Made by a program: the position numbers and the translations under genes
Notes under the pieces: generated by a model
Told to the model about the DNA's origin: nothing
Seen by the model: only the letters and a program-made list of their open reading frames with translations
Databases searched by the model: none
Source of the DNA: an uncultured bacterium
Lineage (GTDB): Bacteria; Fidelibacterota; UBA2242
DNA length: 40,744 nucleotides
Assembly: GCA_964589175.1 (NCBI GenBank)
Contig: CAZPRY010000010.1
Span: forward strand, 62,000 to 102,743
Reading direction: 5' to 3'
Shown: positions 34,219-40,744 of the stretch, piece by piece
Position numbering within the stretch: position 1 is the first letter of the stretch
How the letters are laid out: the number at the start of each line of letters is the position of its first letter

Positions 34219-35103
34219 TTGAAAGAGTCGGGTGCCATAAAAAGTATTTTTATCATAGCATATCACAAGATAAAAGCATGGTTTAAGAAAAAGTGGAATA
34301 AGTATAAATACGGAATCGTTATCACAACGCTGATTCTGTTATTTCTTATTATTTACTTCTGGAAAAATATTTTTATTTCCATACATCCCGGTTATAAAGG
34401 GGTTTTGTGGCATAGGTTTGGCGGTACGGTGCTGACGAGAGTTTACGGGGAGGGGGTCCATGCCATTCTGCCGATTGACAGGATGATCCTCTATGATATC
34501 AAAAGGCAAAACATTGACGATTCCATCAGTATTTTGACTTCGGAAGGTTTGTATATCGACCTGCAGTACTCCTTTCGTTTCCATCCCATAGCGGATTCGG
34601 TGGCGGTGATTCATCAGAGTATTGGAAGTGACTATCTCGCAAAAATTGTATTGCCGGAAGTCAGGGGAGCCGCTTTGTCCGTTATCGGTAATTATACGCC
34701 GGAGAAACTTTATAAGATGTCCACGCTTTTTATTCAGGCCAGCATCCGGCATCATTTACTAAAACAGCTATCACCATATAATATCATCATCGAGGACATC
34801 ATTATCACGAAAATTACCTTGCCGGAGACGATCAAAGCATCGATAGAGCGCAAACTCGCGGCAGAGCAGTTGTCGATGGAGTTCGATTATAAACTGATGA
34901 TCGAAGAAAAGGAACGCCAAAGGAAGGCGATAGAGGCCAGTGGTATCCGGGAATTCGAAACCGTGTCCGGGATATCGATCCTGAAATGGAAAGGGCTGGA
35001 AGTTACCTCGGAGTTGGCGAAATCCGAGAATGCCAAGATTATCATAATGGGGAACGGTGATCAGGACTTACCGATTCTGCTAAATACGGAATCCAAGCCA
35101 TGA
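34219..35103 (+). CDS. SPFH/band-7 (prohibitin/HflC-like) membrane protein
   Basis: N-terminal TM (IVITTLILLFLIIYFW), then a PHB-domain pattern (IHPGYKGVLWHRFGG...GEGVHAILP...ILTSEGLYIDLQYSFRF...) and a coiled-coil AEQ...EEKERQRKAIEA region. Confidence 0.65.
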   Translation: MKESGAIKSIFIIAYHKIKAWFKKKWNKYKYGIVITTLILLFLIIYFWKNIFISIHPGYKGVLWHRFGGTVLTRVYGEGVHAILPIDRMILYDIKRQNIDDSISILTSEGLYIDLQYSFRFHPIADSVAVIHQSIGSDYLAKIVLPEVRGAALSVIGNYTPEKLYKMSTLFIQASIRHHLLKQLSPYNIIIEDIIITKITLPETIKASIERKLAAEQLSMEFDYKLMIEEKERQRKAIEASGIREFETVSGISILKWKGLEVTSELAKSENAKIIIMGNGDQDLPILLNTESKP

Positions 35104-36065
35104 TATTCCGACGCTGCTTAATTGGGCTATTGCTGCTGGTCTGTTTCTGCCATGCGCAGGAGAATAGATCGCTTCGGCGGGTAGTGCTGAACACTTCCTG
35201 GTATCCGCAGGCCCAATTTGCCGGATACTACACGGCGGCGGAGAAAGGATTCTATGCCGAGGAAGGCCTTGAGGTAGACTTCATTTTCTCGGATGTCAAT
35301 TTCAACGTAGAGGAAAATCTGAAGAATTCCAAGGCGGACTTCGGTATCATGTGGCTGCATGAAGGTATCCGGTCCCATCATCGGAATCCGGACATCGTTC
35401 ATATCGCGCAGTTTTTCCACAATTCCTCAATTCTTCTGGTAGCGAAGAAAGAAAGAGTCAGTTCCCTGGACCAGCTGCAGGGGAAATCGGTGGGTATCTG
35501 GAAACCGTTTGTTCCGATCTTATCCGATGTGGTGTCGAAGAACGGTGCAAGAGAAGTCGAAATTGTCCCGGTTCGTGAGGGTGTCGAGCTCCTGTTGCTG
35601 GATGCTCTCGACGCGGTCCTCGTGATGCGCTATAATGAGTACATCCAACTGCTGCGCAGCGGTATGGAAGAGGACCAGTATTTTGTGGTAGAAATTGATT
35701 CGGGCGGTACGCTGCTCCCCGAGGACGGGCTGTACTGCCGCCGGGAATTTCAGAAGGCCGAGCCGAAGTTGTGCGGCGGATTCGTAAGGGCAAGTCTGCG
35801 AGGCTGGGAATATGCCATTAATAACATTGACGAGGCCGTTGGATATACTTTGAAATACATGGATCTGGAGAGGCGAAGGGCTGATATATATATCCAGAAG
35901 CAGGTGCTTGAAACCATAAAATCGAGCTATTTCCCGGAGGAAATCAATCCGGATTTTACCGTACTTAATCCGGTTGATTTCGAACGCCTGGATCAGTTTC
36001 TGTTCCGCTCCGGGATTATCGCAAAAAGAACCGACTATCGGCAATTTCAGAAGAAGAGCTTTTAA
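35100..36065 (+). CDS. NMT1/THI5-like (SsuA/TauA-type) periplasmic substrate-binding protein
   Basis: Signal peptide (LLLLVCFCHA-QE). NMT1-family N-terminal signature NTSWYPQAQFAGYYTAAEKGFY. Start overlaps the upstream stop by 4 nt. Confidence 0.55.
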   Translation: MIFRRCLIGLLLLVCFCHAQENRSLRRVVLNTSWYPQAQFAGYYTAAEKGFYAEEGLEVDFIFSDVNFNVEENLKNSKADFGIMWLHEGIRSHHRNPDIVHIAQFFHNSSILLVAKKERVSSLDQLQGKSVGIWKPFVPILSDVVSKNGAREVEIVPVREGVELLLLDALDAVLVMRYNEYIQLLRSGMEEDQYFVVEIDSGGTLLPEDGLYCRREFQKAEPKLCGGFVRASLRGWEYAINNIDEAVGYTLKYMDLERRRADIYIQKQVLETIKSSYFPEEINPDFTVLNPVDFERLDQFLFRSGIIAKRTDYRQFQKKSF

Positions 36066-36988
36066 TGGACCGAACGACGTTTAACCGAAAAGAAAAACGA
36101 ATACTGTTTGTGGCTGCAGTGATTCTGTTGCTTGTGGTTTCGGTAGGCTCCTGGCGATTGTTAACGCATCACGGAGCAAAGCGTAGTATCCGGAAAACAA
36201 TGCTGAATGTTGGAATAAATCAAAGAGAAAAAATCGAGCGATTTATCTTCTCTCTTCAGGATATACCGGATTATATTGCCTTCCCCCTGGGCAACACGCA
36301 TTTATCAGAGAGTGATTTGGGGGATTTGCTTCAGATGATCGTCAAAAATAACGATGAAATTTACGGTTCCGCCTGTGCCTTTGAGCCGTACGCATATAAG
36401 GAAGATCAATATTATTTTGCCCCGTATTACTATGGCCTGGGAGAGGAAGTCCGGCGCAACGATTTAGGTACTGAAGAATATGATTACTTTTCCTGGAATT
36501 GGTATCTTTTACCGAAACGCCTCAAGAAGGCCGTCTGGACCGAACCTTTTTTTGATGAGGGTGGCGGCGGAGTCAATATGACAACCTATGCGGTTCCCAT
36601 TTTCAAATATGATGAAAGCGACAGTACTTTTATCGGTGTGATAACAGTTGATTTGACACTTCAATGGGTCGACAAAATCATCGAATCCATTCAATATTTG
36701 AAAACCGGACAGGTTTTACTGCTATCCCGATCGGGTATAATCATAAGCACCTCCCGGGATCTTAAGGATTTGAGGTTTTGCAAGGCTGATATATTAGCAG
36801 AATCGATTGCCAGTCTCAGCTCTGCCGAAAGTGGGATGGCATTAAGAGAGCTAGGCCGGAAAATTCTGCAAAAACAAACCGGAGTGATGAATTTCCCGAT
36901 AGCGGGCGATCATAGGTTGTATGTCGGACATTTCCCTTTGCGCAGCTGTGACTGGTCGCTTGTCCTGATCTATGAGGATGAATCATAA
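36065..36988 (+). CDS. Membrane-anchored Cache-type extracytoplasmic sensor domain protein lacking any cytoplasmic output domain
   Basis: ATG overlaps the upstream TAA (TAATG). N-terminal TM (ILFVAAVILLLVVSVGSW). Cache-like features: YGSACAFEPYAYKEDQYYFAPYYY, WTEPFFDEGGGGVNMTTYAVPIF, FIGVITVDL. The ORF terminates right after the sensor fold. Confidence 0.55.
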   Translation: MDRTTFNRKEKRILFVAAVILLLVVSVGSWRLLTHHGAKRSIRKTMLNVGINQREKIERFIFSLQDIPDYIAFPLGNTHLSESDLGDLLQMIVKNNDEIYGSACAFEPYAYKEDQYYFAPYYYGLGEEVRRNDLGTEEYDYFSWNWYLLPKRLKKAVWTEPFFDEGGGGVNMTTYAVPIFKYDESDSTFIGVITVDLTLQWVDKIIESIQYLKTGQVLLLSRSGIIISTSRDLKDLRFCKADILAESIASLSSAESGMALRELGRKILQKQTGVMNFPIAGDHRLYVGHFPLRSCDWSLVLIYEDES

Positions 36989-37064
36989 GAGAATCGACGG
37001 CGACAGGTATCACAATCTTTGAAATGATTTTTATTATTATGAACACAAAAAGGCAGGGTTTCTT

Positions 37065-37235
37065 ATGTTAGTAGCAGTGTGGGTGATCTTAAGTTTTATC
37101 GTGGGAATCTTGGGCAGGAAAACTGTTTTGGGGTTCTGGGGTGCTTTCATCTTTTCTCTTTTTTTTACACCGGTTCTTGTTTTGCTGTACGTTGTGCTCG
37201 CTAAAAAAGAGAAGGAACCGAATACAGAGGAATAA
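37065..37235 (+). CDS. Possible 56-aa two-TM micro-protein (MLVAVWVILSFIVGILGRKTVLGFWGAFIFSLFFTPVLVLLYVVLAKKEKEPNTEE)
   Basis: Found by manual translation; below the 60-aa cutoff of the supplied track. Two clear hydrophobic helices and a charged C-terminus; weak SD (aggcaggg). Confidence 0.25.
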   Translation: MLVAVWVILSFIVGILGRKTVLGFWGAFIFSLFFTPVLVLLYVVLAKKEKEPNTEE

Positions 37236-37262
37236 TAAATACACGCTCACAAGGAGGTAACG

Positions 37263-37763
37263 ATGACGGAAGTTAAAACACAGGCGGCGAAGACTGTGGT
37301 TATCGATCGAGATGAAATGGCCGGGAAAGTAGTACGCAACTACATGTACTGGTCGATGGGTGCCGGTCTGATACCGGTTCCGGTTCTGGACATTGCCGTG
37401 GTCACCGGCGTTCAGCTCAAAATGCTGAGTCAGGTAGCCAAATTGTACGAAGTGCAATTTTCCGAGGTTCGCGGAAAATCCATTGTTTCTGCGCTCTTGG
37501 GTTCCATTGTGCCGAGTTCACTTTCGAAAACCTGGCTGGGGAGTCTCTTTAAGTTGGTTCCCGTGATCGGCACGTACGCCGGTTCGGTATCGATGGCCAT
37601 TTTCTCGGGTGCGGCCTGCTATGCGATCGGCAAGGTTTTTATTCAGCATTTTGCGTCCGGCGGAACTTTCCTGGATTTCGACCCCAAGAAGGTCGGGGAA
37701 AAATTCGCGGCGGAGTTTGAGGAAGGCAAAGCCAAAGCCGAGGAGATGAAAAAGGCTAAGTAA
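37263..37763 (+). CDS. DUF697/YcjF-like family protein (membrane-associated, unknown function)
   Basis: Strong SD AAGGAGGT 6 nt upstream. GLIPVPVLDIAVVTGVQLKMLSQVAKLYEV resembles the DUF697 (UPF0283) core. Hydrophobic middle, Lys/Glu-rich tail. Confidence 0.5.
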   Translation: MTEVKTQAAKTVVIDRDEMAGKVVRNYMYWSMGAGLIPVPVLDIAVVTGVQLKMLSQVAKLYEVQFSEVRGKSIVSALLGSIVPSSLSKTWLGSLFKLVPVIGTYAGSVSMAIFSGAACYAIGKVFIQHFASGGTFLDFDPKKVGEKFAAEFEEGKAKAEEMKKAK

Positions 37764-37970
37764 GTGCTGCTTTTGTTGTAGGACTTGTTTGCTGATTTCT
37801 GATATTCCCCGTCGGAATGGGTGAATCCCTCCGATGGAGTATGGTATGGAGCGTCTGTACCTGCGTCGAGATTATGTTCCGAACCATCAGGATAAGATTG
37901 GGTGCGCCTGTTTTCTGGTTCATCGGAAAAAGTTTTGGATTTACTGTCCCAGGTTGATTCTTCGCAGTTT

Positions 37971-38020
37971 AAAACCGGACGGCCCGGGTACCCGGAAGTG
38001 TCCGGTGGGTTTGCCTTTTT
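37971..38020 (+). terminator. Putative rho-independent terminator (GC-rich imperfect hairpin + T tract)
   Basis: aaaACCGGACGGCCCGGGtaCCCGGaagtGTCCGGTgggtttgccttttt. ACCGGAC and GTCCGGT are reverse complements, as are CCGGG and CCCGG. Followed by a T-rich run. Confidence 0.3.
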
Positions 38021-38104
38021 CCGGACGGGTAGTGTTCATTAACTATAAAGCATCCCGGGAATCAAACCGGCGCGCTCTGACGGTTATTAACCTATATCAT
38101 TAAA

Positions 38105-38878
38105 ATGGAGCTGTACTTGCCGGTGGCGGAGAAGAACGGAATGACATTACCGATAAGTCGAGAAGCTAATAAACGGATTCGACTGTACTGCCTACCCTAC
38201 GCGGGCGGCAATGCAAGTATTTTTCAGGCCTGGAAAAGGGACCTGGATCACCGCGTCGAACTATATCCCGTCGGACTTGCGGGGCGGGGTAGCCGTTTGG
38301 GCGAGGCGCTCAGTGCTTCGATTCAGGAGGCCGCCCAGGATGCGTTCTCCGGTCTGAGATCTGAATTTGACCGGTTCGAGTATGCGCTATTCGGTCACAG
38401 CATGGGCGCCTTAATCGCATTTGAATTGGCGAGGATCATCAGCCATTCCAATGTGAAGCAACCGGCGCATATCTTCTTCTCGGGCAGAGAGGCGCCCCAT
38501 ATTTCCGCGAACGGATCCCCAAAGTACCACCTCATGCCCGAAGATGAATTTCGAGAGGAGATCCTCAAAATGGGAGGCACTCCGCCGGAAATTTTCCAGA
38601 ACAGACAGTTGCGCGAATTGTTCGTGCCGATTTTGCGGAATGATTTTCGCATTACGGAAAACTATGCTCTCGGTGCGGGTGACGTTCGGTTCGATAATCC
38701 TATCTCGGTCTTGGTCGGCGAAGACGAGGACTACAGCCGGGAGGAGATTACGGGTTGGCGAGGGTACAGCAGCGCCGCATGCGATATCCGGAGTTTCAAA
38801 GGCGGACACTTCTTTATTAAGGACAGTGAAAAGCTGGTATTGGAAAGCATCAACTCGACTTTGCGGAATTATCTCTGA
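38105..38878 (+). CDS. Type II (editing) thioesterase
   Basis: LYCLPYAGGNASIF N-terminal motif; GHSMGA nucleophile elbow (~38397); 257 aa. The ATG at 38141 (MTLPIS..., preceded by ggagaaga) is an alternative start. Confidence 0.85.
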   Translation: MELYLPVAEKNGMTLPISREANKRIRLYCLPYAGGNASIFQAWKRDLDHRVELYPVGLAGRGSRLGEALSASIQEAAQDAFSGLRSEFDRFEYALFGHSMGALIAFELARIISHSNVKQPAHIFFSGREAPHISANGSPKYHLMPEDEFREEILKMGGTPPEIFQNRQLRELFVPILRNDFRITENYALGAGDVRFDNPISVLVGEDEDYSREEITGWRGYSSAACDIRSFKGGHFFIKDSEKLVLESINSTLRNYL

Positions 38879-38905
38879 ACTCAACAAATAAGCCGATTTC
38901 GCATC

Positions 38906-39586
38906 ATGACCAGGTTAGCTGCAGTTAAAATCGACAGGGATTATCCACGTCAGAAGTTTCTGCAACTACTGGATAGTATTTCAGTCGAGAAAAAGGAACG
39001 AATCCTGCGTTTCCGGCAGTATCCGGATGCCTTACGGGGACTGATCGGTGAGTTGCTGCTGCATTTCATGCTGGATCGGTTCGATTCCGTTGATTCAGCA
39101 GACAGATCGGTCCGAATGAATGAATTCGGCAAACCGTTTTTTGAATTTATAAAGGATGTTCATTTCAATATCTCTCATTCAGGTGACTGGGTGGTGTGCG
39201 GGATCAGCCGCCAGCCGATCGGTGTGGATGTGGAAGAGATCGGGGAAATACCGGCGGATGTGACCGGGCGATATTTCACATCCGAGGAAGTAGAACAGAT
39301 CCCGGCCGGGCGCGGCGCAGAGAGTGAAAAAAGATTTTACCAGATCTGGACGCTTAAAGAGAGTTATATCAAAATGGAAGGCCAGGGATTATCGATTCCG
39401 CTTGATTCTTTCTCCATCCAAATTTCGGAGAAAAACAGTATCGGCGTTAAAATCAGGGGAGAGGAATCGAAAAGCCATTATTTTCGCAGCTATTATCCCG
39501 ATCAAACCCATATCTTATCCGCCTGTTCTCTGCAGGAATTCAAAGATGTCGGACTGCAATTTATCGGGATCAATGAAATTATGTAA
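38906..39586 (+). CDS. 4'-phosphopantetheinyl transferase, Sfp-type
   Basis: GKPFF, FNISHSGDWVVCG, GVDVEEI, WTLKESYIKMEG; 226 aa. Confidence 0.85.
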   Translation: MTRLAAVKIDRDYPRQKFLQLLDSISVEKKERILRFRQYPDALRGLIGELLLHFMLDRFDSVDSADRSVRMNEFGKPFFEFIKDVHFNISHSGDWVVCGISRQPIGVDVEEIGEIPADVTGRYFTSEEVEQIPAGRGAESEKRFYQIWTLKESYIKMEGQGLSIPLDSFSIQISEKNSIGVKIRGEESKSHYFRSYYPDQTHILSACSLQEFKDVGLQFIGINEIM

Positions 39587-39661
39587 ACCATGGAGTTCTT
39601 CGAGATTCTCATTGCACTCCGACCAGGGATAGACTAATATGGAAACAGAAAGGATAGAAAT

Positions 39662-40690
39662 ATGAAATTCAAAGTAGTCCTTATAGTATGTTTGATTGTT
39701 TTTATGACCTTGCCTTCGATTGGACAGATCACGGCGGAATGGGAGATGCTGCCGAAATCGGACGGCGAAGATCTGAATGTTCCCTACAATAAAACTGAGA
39801 TTACGGTTAACGATTTTAAAATCAGTATTGGATTACCGGTGATATTGCGTTACAGGGAAATTGATGCCAACAAAGTCCCGACCCTTATTTTGGGGAATAG
39901 TCTTTCGTATAGCAGTAAGCATCTCAACGTGAATAATTGGCCCTCCTATTCGATAGACCAGCAGCAAAACTGGCAAATAAATTTGATCAATGAGTATGAC
40001 CATCTCATGTCTTTTGGGTATACGGGTACTTTAACGAAAATAATCAGCGCAAAATGGTCACTCACCGGGATCGCGGGATTCACGTATGCGGCGATCGATC
40101 CGAAAGTATACAGAATGCAGGATTTGGGGTATCTGGGAGGTTTCGAGGCAACGCACCAATGGGAATCCGGGTGGTCGATGGGATTCGGATTTTTTTATGG
40201 GCGACTGACGGGACAGGCGCAGTTATTACCGTTGATCGTACTGAGAAAGCAGACCCGGCGGAGCACGCTTGATATAAATGTACCCAGTCAGATCGGCTAT
40301 TGGTACCACATCAATCAAAAGGTGTCCTTGGGATTTCAGGCTCAACTGGGCGGAGACACCTATAATTTTATCGGCGTAAAAGCCGATCAATATGATGAGA
40401 ACGGGCAATTCTTATCATCCGGTAATGAGATCGGACTGGCATATTCGGCCGTTACGTTGGGACCGGAGCTACAAGTATTATTTGCGAGGAACATAACGCT
40501 GACAGTGCGAACCGGCCTGGTGGCGTCGCGACGATATCAGTATTGGGTTTCTGAGAGAAACGAGGTTTTACGATATCAGGAGAGTGCCGATTTTGAAGCC
40601 CTGACCGGACATAATTATAGCGGCGAGGCCGTTGAATTCCCGATGAAAAGCACCGGGTACATTAAAATCTCGGTCGGTTTTGGATTCTAG
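39662..40690 (+). CDS. Predicted outer-membrane beta-barrel protein (unknown family)
   Basis: N-terminal signal peptide (VVLIVCLIVFMTLPSIGQ). Alternating amphipathic beta-strand pattern. C-terminus ...ISVGFGF with a terminal Phe, typical of BAM-dependent OMPs. Confidence 0.5.
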   Translation: MKFKVVLIVCLIVFMTLPSIGQITAEWEMLPKSDGEDLNVPYNKTEITVNDFKISIGLPVILRYREIDANKVPTLILGNSLSYSSKHLNVNNWPSYSIDQQQNWQINLINEYDHLMSFGYTGTLTKIISAKWSLTGIAGFTYAAIDPKVYRMQDLGYLGGFEATHQWESGWSMGFGFFYGRLTGQAQLLPLIVLRKQTRRSTLDINVPSQIGYWYHINQKVSLGFQAQLGGDTYNFIGVKADQYDENGQFLSSGNEIGLAYSAVTLGPELQVLFARNITLTVRTGLVASRRYQYWVSERNEVLRYQESADFEALTGHNYSGEAVEFPMKSTGYIKISVGFGF

Positions 40691-40744
40691 GCGTATTTAT
40701 AGCGAATTGCAAAAATAATGTCCGATGAATGCGAAAAAAAGGTA

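Noticed and set aside
37834-38103. 89-aa ORF in the spacer between the DUF697 gene and the TEII gene
   Set aside because: No SD. The Cys/Arg/Pro-rich sequence has no motif and overlaps the GC-rich hairpin interpreted as a terminator. Most likely non-coding.
1-40744. CRISPR arrays, tRNA/rRNA genes, integrases or transposases
   Set aside because: No short direct-repeat/spacer periodicity, no cloverleaf-compatible segments noticed in the intergenic regions, and no ORF with DDE or tyrosine-recombinase motifs. Intergenic space is small apart from 1417-1615, 34014-34218, 36989-37262 and 37764-38104.

Overview
The window is dominated by one large, co-directional hybrid NRPS–PKS biosynthetic gene cluster, about 1.6–39.6 kb, all on the + strand. 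In order: two tandem, translationally coupled SyrD/cyclic-peptide-type ABC exporters; a 5351-aa NRPS-PKS megasynthetase; a 3019-aa trans-AT-style PKS-NRPS whose ATG overlaps the upstream stop (TAAATG); and a 1176-aa terminating NRPS (A-T-TE). Downstream sit a small unknown ORF, housekeeping-like genes (SPFH, NMT1-like binding protein, Cache protein, DUF697-like), then a type II thioesterase, an Sfp-type PPTase and a predicted outer-membrane beta-barrel protein. A divergently transcribed Leu/Ile/Val-binding-type lipoprotein gene lies at the 5' end. No tRNA/rRNA genes, CRISPR array or mobile element was seen. Domain order read from the core motifs is: ORF1 C-T | C-A-T | KS-AT°-KR-ACP | C-A-T | C-A(Thr)-T-[~210-aa tail]; ORF2 KS-DH-KR-ACP | C-A(Val)-T-C; ORF3 A(MT-interrupted)-T-TE. 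Unusual points: an adenylation-less C-T loading module; a cis-AT-position domain whose catalytic Ser is replaced (GHSLG->GYGLG) next to an AT-less module, with no trans-AT in the window; a ~1.2 kb intragenic duplication of an A domain whose copies differ mainly at specificity-pocket residues; an A domain interrupted by a methyltransferase between motifs A2 and A3; and PKS modules placed so as to make a statine-like and a vinylogous-threonine unit. All domain calls come from reading motifs in the supplied translations; boundaries are approximate and no database search was possible.
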